From positions 1 through 14,342 of the forward strand of contig JBBQPO010000160.1 in the NCBI GenBank assembly GCA_038217285.1: a stretch of 14,342 nt of DNA. Reading direction: 5' to 3'. The notes under the pieces were generated by a model, which searched no databases, had not been told where the DNA came from, and was given only the letters and a program-made list of their open reading frames with translations. This document shows positions 1 to 7,081 of this stretch, one piece after another. The DNA comes from Chthonomonadales bacterium. GTDB lineage: Bacteria > Armatimonadota > Chthonomonadetes > Chthonomonadales > Chthonomonadaceae. The first letter of the stretch is position 1, and each line of letters starts with the position of its first letter. Position numbers and translations under genes: made by a program.

Positions 1-420
1 ACGGACCTGGAAGAGACCACGGTGACTCAACTCCACTACCCCCTCGACGACCGCACCCGGCAGCCCATGCCCGCCGGAGGGCTCTTCTCCACCGCCAGCG
101 ATCTCGCCCGCTTCTGCCAGATGATCCTCAACAACGGAACCTACAGAGGGAAGCGGTATCTGTCGGAAGACGCAGTCAAGCAGATGACCCACAAGCAGAC
201 GGGAGACGCTCTGCCGGACGGCTACGGGCTCGGCTGGTCCACAGGCGGAGGCAATTTTGGGCATGGCGGCGCCTATTCGACCAACATGAACATCGACACT
301 AATCGCGGCCTGATCACGATCTGGCTGGTACAGCACGCGGGCTTTCCCGGCAACGGCGCCCAGAGTGCAGGTGCGTTTCGCAACGCGGCGGAGGAGCAGT
401 TTGGGAGCGCGCACAAATAG
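1..420 (+). CDS. Serine hydrolase, beta-lactamase (class C/EstB-like) family, C-terminal fragment (5' truncated)
   Basis: Frame is open from base 1 to TAG at 418-420. Family-typical C-terminal motifs PAGGLFSTASDLARFCQMILNNG, YLSEDAVKQM, YGLGW and FGHGGAY; the catalytic SxxK lies upstream of the window. Confidence 0.85.
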   Translation, partial: TDLEETTVTQLHYPLDDRTRQPMPAGGLFSTASDLARFCQMILNNGTYRGKRYLSEDAVKQMTHKQTGDALPDGYGLGWSTGGGNFGHGGAYSTNMNIDTNRGLITIWLVQHAGFPGNGAQSAGAFRNAAEEQFGSAHK

Positions 421-440
421 CGAGAGATAGCCAGGAACCG

Positions 441-466
441 GGAACTTTGCGCGCCCTAGAGATGTT
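441..466 (+). promoter_or_regulatory. Putative ECF sigma (SigR/SigH-type) promoter for msrA
   Basis: GGAAC (441-445) - 18 nt - GTT (464-466) matches the GGAAY-N18-GTT consensus of thiol-stress ECF sigma factors, about 100 nt upstream of msrA. Confidence 0.45.
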
Positions 467-563
467 CTATTACTGTCTGCCATTCAATGGTCGGCAAGAC
501 AAACGAAAATCTTCGCCCTGCGCTTATGAACATCGCTTCGGCAGGGCCGAGAAGGAGCTAGAA

Positions 564-1232
564 ATGAAATTTAGAGGACAGTCCCGCAGGACGTTTCTCG
601 TCTATACCCTGACAGCAGCGCTGTTGGCCAGCCTGGGAGCCAAGATTCTGGCGGCGCCTGGTCCACAGACGGCGGCGTCCGGCGCAAAGGCCGCGCCTAC
701 CAGAGAGGTGGCGACGTTTGCCGCCGGATGCTTCTGGAGCATGGAAGCGATCTTCAAACAGCTCAAAGGTGTCGATAGAGTGGAACCCGGTTATGCAGGC
801 GGCAAACTCGCCAAGCCCAGCTACGAGCAGGTCGAGACAGGCACGACGGGACATGCCGAGTCGCTCAATATCGTCTTCGACCCCAAAGTGGTCACCTACC
901 GCGATCTGCTGGAGGTGCTGCTGACGGTCCGCAATCCGACCACGCCGAACAAGCAGGGCCCCGATGAAGGCCCCCAGTACCGCTCCCTTATCTTCTACCG
1001 CAATGAGGCGCAGCACAAGGCGGCGAGTGAGGTGATTCAGAAGGTCACGAAGGAGCATGTCTGGTCCAACCCGATTGTGACGGAGGTCGTTCCATTCTCG
1101 AACTTCTATCGGGCGGAGGCTTACCATTTCGACTACTATAATCTGCACCCGGACGAGCGTTACTGCCGTTACGTCATCGCGCCGGAAATAGCCGAGTTCC
1201 GGACCAAGTTCAAATCCAAACTGAAACACTAA
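564..1232 (+). CDS. msrA: Peptide-methionine (S)-S-oxide reductase MsrA with twin-arginine signal peptide (222 aa)
   Basis: Motifs ATFAAGCFWSME, GYAGG, PSYEQV, TTGHAE, QGPDEGPQYRS, FYRAEAYHFDYY and C-terminal RYC. Start set at ATG 564 (AAGGAG at 552-557) rather than the track's 447. N-terminus SRRTFL + hydrophobic stretch. Confidence 0.95.
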   Translation: MKFRGQSRRTFLVYTLTAALLASLGAKILAAPGPQTAASGAKAAPTREVATFAAGCFWSMEAIFKQLKGVDRVEPGYAGGKLAKPSYEQVETGTTGHAESLNIVFDPKVVTYRDLLEVLLTVRNPTTPNKQGPDEGPQYRSLIFYRNEAQHKAASEVIQKVTKEHVWSNPIVTEVVPFSNFYRAEAYHFDYYNLHPDERYCRYVIAPEIAEFRTKFKSKLKH

Positions 1233-1256
1233 CCAGACGTTATGCTGTACGCCGTA

Positions 1257-1293
1257 CAAAATCCCCGCCTCCTTGAGAGAAGCGGGGATTTTG
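1257..1293. terminator. Bidirectional intrinsic terminator between convergent msrA and M16 genes
   Basis: CAAAATCCCCGC (1257-1268) / GCGGGGATTTTG (1282-1293): perfect 12-bp inverted repeat with A/T tracts at both ends; extra G-U pairs form on the minus-strand RNA. Confidence 0.8.
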
Positions 1294-1357
1294 CATCGCG
1301 CCTTTTTGTCGAACCTTCCTGTAGGAAGGCGATAACACTCCAAGCCTTGGAGAAGCG

Positions 1358-3577
1358 CTACTTCGGGCGGGCGAAGAGCGCGTCGTCTACGGGCTTATTG
1401 ACGGCGAATGCATCGAAGATGAGCGTGACGAAGGTCTTGCCGTTCTGCGTGATCTGGAGCGTTCCGGGGAGCTGAACGCCGTCGGTGTTGTGATAGCTTC
1501 CCAGGAGGATCGTAAGATCGCCTCTGGATTCGGGAACGACGATACGGCGCATCAGGCCGCTCTCAGTTTCGACGTAGACGCGCGCGGGACGGTTGTTGTT
1601 GTCGGTGACGATAAAGCCGCGCAGCGCTTTGCCGTCCGAATCGAGAAGCGACTTATCGCCCGTCTTCTCCGGGAGGAGCCGGACCGTAAACCCACCTTGC
1701 GCGGCCTTACGCAGGAGTTCCGTCGGGTCACCGACGTTCCCGCTTCCTCCCGGCCCATCCTGTACCTGACCCAGCGCGCTGAGCCAGCCGACACCATCCT
1801 TCCCGGTGGCAAGGATCACACTCCCAAACGTCGTTTTCAGGTCGTAACGGCTGCGCCCTGGAGGTGCAAAGGTCAGGATGGCATGCTCCACCGGCAGTTT
1901 GATCTCCTGACCGGGCGGAGAGAGCTCGCCTTTGCCGCGCATCTCGATCTGTTTGACGTTGAGGAAGGCATCGCCCCCGTGCGCCTTGATCGTCGCTGCC
2001 AGCAGTGTCTTTCCCGCCTCCAGGTCTGCGGTCGTCGGTTTGACGGTTGGAGCCTCGACACCAGCGGCCTTCTGCGGCAACAGCGTCGGAGAGAGCAGAT
2101 CGAGCCCATCTGCGGGCAGGACGGTGACTTTGCCGAACGGCCGCAGATCCTTTTCAATCGCCTTTGCATCGCCCACCAGCACGATCTGTGCGCCCCGCAG
2201 GTTCAAATTCCGCAGCGCTTCCGAGACCTGCGGCGCGGTGACGGCCTGAATCCGCTCCGAGCGCAGAGTCAGATCGCTGGCGCCGTTCCCATACAGTGTC
2301 GCGGCCTGCAGCCGTCCGAGAAGTCCTGGTGTGGTGGCGACGCTAAGCGCGAACGTTCCGTTCAGGAGCGTCTTGCTCTCGACCATCTCACCTGGGGAAG
2401 GCGCATCCTGCGCCAATTTCGCCGCCTCGGCCAGCGCAAGACGCAGGACCTCCGCTGTAGTCGGCGTCTTGGTGAAGGTGCTGATCTCAAAGGCTCCGGC
2501 CTGCGCCTGCCTCCCAAAGCTGCTGGCGATGGAGTAGGTCAAGCCGCGTTTCACGCGTACTTCCCGCGTCAGGCGTCCATTGTCGTTCCCGGCCCCGAGA
2601 ATAAACGAGGCGACCGAGCCGATGTAGCGTTTCGGGTCGCTGGCACCCGCGATGACCGTGCCGATACGTATCTGAGTCTGGGCCGAGCCGGGTCGGTCGA
2701 TCAGAGTTATCTGCGGCTCCGACATCGCCTGCAAGAATTTCGGAGGCAGCGGCAGCGAGGGTACCGACCTGCGCTCCCAATCTCCGAAGGCTGCGGTTGC
2801 CCTGACCGTCGTCTGCTCCAGGGTGATGTCACCGGCGACAAAGAGCGTGGCGACATTCGGTGTGAAATAGGTCTGGTGGAACGTCGCGAGATCCTGCTGG
2901 GTGATCTCAGGCAGGGAGACAGGCGTCCCTATAGAAAAGTCGCCGTAGGGGTGACCGGCGTAGAGACGCCGACTGAAGACGACATCGGCCAGCGTCCCGC
3001 CGTCGGCCAGGCTCTGGGTGATGTTGTTGAGTGTGAGGGTGCGATAGCGATCTATCTCTACCATCGGAAAGGTCGGGCGCAGGGTGATGTCAGCGAGCAG
3101 GTCGAACAGCGTGTCGCGGTAGCCGCTGAGGCCGGTGGCAGAGACGGTCAGATAGTCCGAATCGGTCCCTGCACCTACGGATGCGCCGAGACCGTCCACG
3201 GTATCGGCGATCTGGGCCTCCGTGCGGGTCGTCGTGCCCTTTGCCAATAGCGCGGCGGTCATCTGCGCCAACCCTACCCGATTGCGGGGGTCGCGAATGG
3301 AGCCAGCGGGAATAGCCAGCCGCAGCCAGAGCGCGGGCTGCGTGTGATCTTCCAGCAGCACGATACGCAGGCCGTTCGGCAGGATGCGCTCCACGACGGC
3401 AGGCAGACGCAAGGGATGGGGCGCGCCGAGCGGAGGAAGCGTGTTGACGGGCTTCGGAGCGTGCTGTCGAATGGGCGTCTTCGGCGGCGTTTTATGCCAT
3501 CGCTGCGCGTGGGCGGCGCTGCCCGGCAGCAGACAGGCCGTCAGCAGGCCGAGCGCGATTCGCGTGGTTCGCATCAC
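1358..3577 (-). CDS. M16B (pitrilysin/insulinase) family non-catalytic subunit, exported, with C-terminal LolA-like extension
   Basis: LPNGLRIVLLEDH and AGSIRDP..GLAQMTAALLAKGT (HXXEH lost); RLTREVRVKRGLTYS carries the R/Y substrate-binding pair; signal peptide MRTTRIALGLLTACLLPGSAAHA|Q. Start is GTG 3577 or ATG 3574, overlapping the upstream TGA, with AAGGAG just upstream. Confidence 0.88.
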   Translation of the reverse strand: MMRTTRIALGLLTACLLPGSAAHAQRWHKTPPKTPIRQHAPKPVNTLPPLGAPHPLRLPAVVERILPNGLRIVLLEDHTQPALWLRLAIPAGSIRDPRNRVGLAQMTAALLAKGTTTRTEAQIADTVDGLGASVGAGTDSDYLTVSATGLSGYRDTLFDLLADITLRPTFPMVEIDRYRTLTLNNITQSLADGGTLADVVFSRRLYAGHPYGDFSIGTPVSLPEITQQDLATFHQTYFTPNVATLFVAGDITLEQTTVRATAAFGDWERRSVPSLPLPPKFLQAMSEPQITLIDRPGSAQTQIRIGTVIAGASDPKRYIGSVASFILGAGNDNGRLTREVRVKRGLTYSIASSFGRQAQAGAFEISTFTKTPTTAEVLRLALAEAAKLAQDAPSPGEMVESKTLLNGTFALSVATTPGLLGRLQAATLYGNGASDLTLRSERIQAVTAPQVSEALRNLNLRGAQIVLVGDAKAIEKDLRPFGKVTVLPADGLDLLSPTLLPQKAAGVEAPTVKPTTADLEAGKTLLAATIKAHGGDAFLNVKQIEMRGKGELSPPGQEIKLPVEHAILTFAPPGRSRYDLKTTFGSVILATGKDGVGWLSALGQVQDGPGGSGNVGDPTELLRKAAQGGFTVRLLPEKTGDKSLLDSDGKALRGFIVTDNNNRPARVYVETESGLMRRIVVPESRGDLTILLGSYHNTDGVQLPGTLQITQNGKTFVTLIFDAFAVNKPVDDALFARPK

Positions 3578-4980
3578 TTCTTCTCCTTCGTCGGGGCGTC
3601 GGTTTTAGGCTGCATGGCGGTGGGCAGATCGTAGAAGACGTTGCGATGCTGCGGCACGAAGTACTTCCGCGCCACTCTCTGTACATCCTCCACCGTCACG
3701 GCGTTGAGCTTCGCCAGTTCCCGGTTGACCTCCTCGGGCGTCCCGAAATCCAGATCGGCGCTGCCCAACTGCTCGGCTTTCTGCTCGGTCGAAAGAGAGC
3801 CGAACACCTTGCCGGACAGCGCCTGGTTTTTGGCCTTTGCCAGCTCCGTTGGGCTGACGGGCGTGTCGCGAATCAGGTCCACCTGTTCCTGCAGCGCCTT
3901 TTCGATGTCGGCCGGGGCCTTGCCCTGATTGGCGGTGGCCTGGAACAGAAAGAGACCGTCTACGGCGAGGCTCAGGGTGAAACCGGAGGCGTCCGAGGCG
4001 ATCTGTTGATCGCGGACAAGCGCGCGGGAGAGACGCGAACTCTGCCCGACCGAGAGAATCTGCGCAATCATGTCCAGAACCGGAGTATCCGGACTGTTGG
4101 CCGGAACGGTACGATAAGCCATACCGATGACCGGCAGCGGCGCAAGTTTGTCGTAGAAGACGGCGCGGCGTTCGGCCTGCTGGTCGATCGGCGGAACCGG
4201 GTAGCGGGTGAAGGGCTTCTTCGAGCGCGGAATCGCGGCGAAATAGCGTCGGATCAGCGTCAGCGCATCCGAAGTCTGAAAATCTCCGACGAGAACGAGC
4301 GTCGCATTGTCAGGTTTGTAATACTCATCGTGGAAAGCGCGGACATCCGCGATTTTCGCGCTGTCGAGATCGCTCATGATCCCGATGGTGGTATGCGCAT
4401 AGGGGTGACCAATGGGGAATATGAGTGCCTGGACCTTCTCGAAAAGGTCGCCATACGGCTGGTTTTCGATGTCCATCCGGTGCTCTTCCTTAACGACATC
4501 CCGCTCGGAGCGCAGATTGGCCTCGTCCACATTGAGAGAGGCCATCCGGTCGGCTTCCAGCCAGAGCAGGCGGTCGAGGGCGTTGCTCGGCACCGTATCG
4601 ATGTAACGGGTGCGGTCGAAATAGGTATCGGCGTTATTGTAGCCGCCGAGCCGCTCGATGATGCGGGCGTGTTCCTCCGGTCCGGCATGCGCGGAGCCTT
4701 TGAACATCAGATGCTCGAACAGGTGCGCGAATCCGGCCTTGCCGGGCGCTTCGTCTTTGCTGCCGACATGGTAGTAGACCTGTATCGCCACGACGGGAGC
4801 GCGATGATCCTCCAGCGTGACGATCTTGAGGCCGTTGGGCAGCGTGTTGATCTTGTAGTCGAGGCGCGCCGGCTGAATGTTCGGCACTGTCGGAGTCTGA
4901 GCACGTCCTGTGCCCGTCGTCCCCAGTCCCACCAGGACCGTAAGCGCGACAGGCAGCACAGGATAAAGTTTTCGTTTCAA
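3574..4980 (-). CDS. M16B zinc metallopeptidase catalytic subunit, exported (468 aa)
   Basis: LPNGLKIVTLEDH, YHVGSKDE, GFAHLFEHLMFKGS (HXXEH), NADTYFDRTRY, ERDVVKEEHR, HPYAH, YYKPDNATLVLVGD. Start moved to TTG 4980 because GAGGAG lies 7 nt upstream and it yields signal peptide MKRKLYPVLPVALTVLVGLGTTGTGRA|Q. Confidence 0.92.
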   Translation of the reverse strand: MKRKLYPVLPVALTVLVGLGTTGTGRAQTPTVPNIQPARLDYKINTLPNGLKIVTLEDHRAPVVAIQVYYHVGSKDEAPGKAGFAHLFEHLMFKGSAHAGPEEHARIIERLGGYNNADTYFDRTRYIDTVPSNALDRLLWLEADRMASLNVDEANLRSERDVVKEEHRMDIENQPYGDLFEKVQALIFPIGHPYAHTTIGIMSDLDSAKIADVRAFHDEYYKPDNATLVLVGDFQTSDALTLIRRYFAAIPRSKKPFTRYPVPPIDQQAERRAVFYDKLAPLPVIGMAYRTVPANSPDTPVLDMIAQILSVGQSSRLSRALVRDQQIASDASGFTLSLAVDGLFLFQATANQGKAPADIEKALQEQVDLIRDTPVSPTELAKAKNQALSGKVFGSLSTEQKAEQLGSADLDFGTPEEVNRELAKLNAVTVEDVQRVARKYFVPQHRNVFYDLPTAMQPKTDAPTKEKK

Positions 4981-5044
4981 GAGTTCTCTCCTCAAACAGG
5001 GAAAGTAGATGTCCACTAAGAGATACGTTGAAAACGAGGAAAGT

Positions 5045-5069
5045 GTCTGCCGCGAATAGCGCGGCAGAC
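5045..5069 (-). terminator. Probable intrinsic terminator downstream of the FG-GAP/UnbV gene
   Basis: GTCTGCCGCG-AATAG-CGCGGCAGAC perfect 10-bp stem; on the minus strand followed by ACTTTCCTCGTTTT. Confidence 0.6.
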
Positions 5070-5087
5070 CGACTAAAGAGGGGGTGC

Positions 5088-7040
5088 TTAACGCGCCGAG
5101 GGACGATGCAGAGGCAGGCTGCCGACGCGCGCGGCAGGTTTGTAGGGCTGCCCGAAGGGCCGCTGGTTCGGCGTCTCCGTGGCGCCTTCGGTGATATGGT
5201 AGATCTGTCCGGCGGTGAGAGCGCTCAGAGCCTGCCTGGTGCCGGATGGCCAGACGATGGTGATACTGTCCGCTTTCGCGGCAGGGCCGAGGCCGACCGT
5301 GATCGGCAGCTCGCTCTGAGAACAGTAGGAGGAGCCGCTGCGGACGTTGTAGGTCAGTGTCTGGGCACCTGCCTTGACCGTCACGACCGCGCCGATGGCG
5401 CTGCGGTTGCTCTGTGTGCCTTCGAGCTCCAGTCGCAGGGCATGGTTGCCGTTGTCCGCGCTGTTACGGAACAGGTAGGTGGGGCCGTTGCTGGTAGAGA
5501 GCGCGATGTCGGGAAATCCGTTCAAGAGGTAGTCCGCATAGGCGCAGCCACGCGCCACATATTTTGCCTGCATGACCGCGCCGAGCTTGTCCCCAACGGC
5601 GGCGAAGTTGCCGTTGCCCAGGTTGCGATAGACCAGCGGCGCTTCGGCATAGGTCACCTCTTTCTGGTCTTCCTGAACGTCGTCGTCGATATGCCCGTTG
5701 GCGACGAAAATATCCTGCCAGCCGTCGTTGTCAAGGTCACAGAAGAAGAGCCCGAACGAGAGCGAGAGCAGACTGGGCGGGCCGACCCCCGACTGCGCCG
5801 CCGTATCGCGGAAGATGCTGCCCTGATTGTGGTAGAGGGCAAGCATCTGGTTCGAGAAGTTGCCGATGATCAAACTTTCGCGGCCGGTATGGTCGTAGTC
5901 GCAGGCTGCGATGCCCATCGCGCCCCGCGCCGCGCCACTGTCATTATAGGCCATGCCCTGTTCGACCCCGACCTCTTTGAACGTGCCGTCGTGTTCGTTG
6001 TGGAACAGGTAGTTGGGTTCGGTGTCGTTGGCGATGGCGATATCGGGCCAGCCGTCCCCATCGTAGTCGCAGATGGCGACGCCGAGCGATTTGCCCTGCA
6101 GTTTTCGCTTCTCCGGTGCGGGGCCAGTCCGCAGACCGGCCTTCACCGCCACCTCGGTAAAATGTCCGCCGCCATCGTTGTGGTAGAGGGTAAGGGGCTG
6201 CCCGGAGTACTGGCTCGGCGTGCCGTAGGTGCGGTGCCCGTTCTTCATAAAGGCGATGTCGGAGGCCGGAGACCACTGAACATAGTGACAGACGACCAGA
6301 TCGAGCTTGCCGTCTTTATCGTAATCGACCCAGGCCGCGCTCGTGCTCCAGCCGCTGTCTTTCAGTCCTGCCTGCTCGGTCACCTCCTTAAAGGTGCCGT
6401 CACCGTTGTTGTGGAACAGGTAGTTTCGGCCCAGACCAGTGACGTAGAGGCTCGGATGACCGCTGTTGTCGTAGTCCCCGACGCAGACTCCCATGCCGTA
6501 CATCGTGACGTCCAGATGCGCCTGCTTCGTCACGTCGGTAAAGGTGCCATTGCCGTTGTTGTGGAACAGTTTGCAGGTTGGCGGGGGGGCGGTCGAGGCC
6601 ATATACGGAATTTTGGCGGCGGCGCACTCGGCCTGCGTCCACGGGCGGCTGTTGACGATAAACAGGTCCGGAAAGCCGTCGCCATCGTAGTCGATCCAGG
6701 CGAGGCCGCTGCCCATCGTCTCCGGCAGCAGCTTGTTTTTGGTCGCCCCGCTGACATGGCGAAAGTCGATTCCCGCCGCCTTTGTCGCATCGTCGAAGGT
6801 CACGTTTTGCGTGGTCGCCTTCACGGGAGCGATGACCGTGACGGGCGGCTTTGGAGGAGGGCAGCCGGTGAGCAGAATCGACAGGAGCGCGCCGATCAGC
6901 AAGCAAGCTCTCCGCGTACCTAACCACCCGGCCCCCTTCCCGACACGGGAAGGGGGTGCCCCAACACGCAATGGCCTCGCTGTGTCTAACCTTTTCTTTC
7001 TTGTCAGCAATGAATTTGAGTTTCGAGTCACAGGTTTCAT
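5088..7040 (-). CDS. CRTAC1-like lipoprotein: FG-GAP/VCBS beta-propeller + ASPIC/UnbV C-terminal domain
   Basis: Seven D-x-D-x-D-G-type repeats (DYDGDGFPDL, DYDNSGHPSL, DYDKDGKLDL, DYDGDGWPDI, DYDHTGRESL, DLDNDGWQDI, DYLLNGFPDI), repeated LFHNNGxGTFxxV, and C-terminal SNRSAIGAVV..SGSSYCSQS..GLG..IVWPSG. Lipobox LTG|C (Cys codon 6861-6863). Exact start uncertain. Confidence 0.88.
   Translation of the reverse strand: MKPVTRNSNSLLTRKKRLDTARPLRVGAPPSRVGKGAGWLGTRRACLLIGALLSILLTGCPPPKPPVTVIAPVKATTQNVTFDDATKAAGIDFRHVSGATKNKLLPETMGSGLAWIDYDGDGFPDLFIVNSRPWTQAECAAAKIPYMASTAPPPTCKLFHNNGNGTFTDVTKQAHLDVTMYGMGVCVGDYDNSGHPSLYVTGLGRNYLFHNNGDGTFKEVTEQAGLKDSGWSTSAAWVDYDKDGKLDLVVCHYVQWSPASDIAFMKNGHRTYGTPSQYSGQPLTLYHNDGGGHFTEVAVKAGLRTGPAPEKRKLQGKSLGVAICDYDGDGWPDIAIANDTEPNYLFHNEHDGTFKEVGVEQGMAYNDSGAARGAMGIAACDYDHTGRESLIIGNFSNQMLALYHNQGSIFRDTAAQSGVGPPSLLSLSFGLFFCDLDNDGWQDIFVANGHIDDDVQEDQKEVTYAEAPLVYRNLGNGNFAAVGDKLGAVMQAKYVARGCAYADYLLNGFPDIALSTSNGPTYLFRNSADNGNHALRLELEGTQSNRSAIGAVVTVKAGAQTLTYNVRSGSSYCSQSELPITVGLGPAAKADSITIVWPSGTRQALSALTAGQIYHITEGATETPNQRPFGQPYKPAARVGSLPLHRPSAR
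6920..6991. repeat. Small palindromic dispersed-repeat-like element within the CDS 5' end
   Basis: CCCCCTTCCCG-ACA-CGGGAAGGGGG perfect 11-bp inverted repeat (6932-6956) preceded by CCTAACCACCCGG; CTAACC direct repeat at 6920-6925 and 6986-6991; translated as PPSRVGKGAGWLG. Confidence 0.6.
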
Positions 7041-7081
7041 GGCAATCAGGTCGTTTCCTTATCCGGAGTCGGGTATGCAGT

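Noticed and set aside
447-563. 39-aa N-terminal extension of MsrA from the ORF track
   Set aside because: No RBS at 447, it overlaps the putative promoter, and ATG 564 has AAGGAG and places the Tat motif at the N-terminus.
558-1343. 261-aa minus-strand ORF
   Set aside because: Antisense shadow of msrA with no recognisable motifs.
1490-3250. 586-aa plus-strand ORF
   Set aside because: Antisense to the M16 non-catalytic gene; long stop-free shadow frames are expected in high-GC coding DNA.
3646-5019. 457-aa plus-strand ORF
   Set aside because: Antisense shadow of the HXXEH peptidase; no domain signal.
5990-6570. Recurrent GTTGTGGAACAG-like nucleotide repeats (possible CRISPR or DNA repeat array)
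   Set aside because: They encode the LFHN segments of propeller blades, with irregular spacing and in-frame degeneracy; not a CRISPR array.
5028-6923. 631-aa plus-strand ORF
   Set aside because: Antisense shadow of the FG-GAP/UnbV gene; its V/D/G periodicity mirrors the real codons.
5088-7040. Enediyne biosynthetic cluster suggested by the UnbV domain
   Set aside because: No iterative PKS, thioesterase, or UnbL/UnbU-like genes in the window; ASPIC/UnbV domains are widespread outside enediyne loci.
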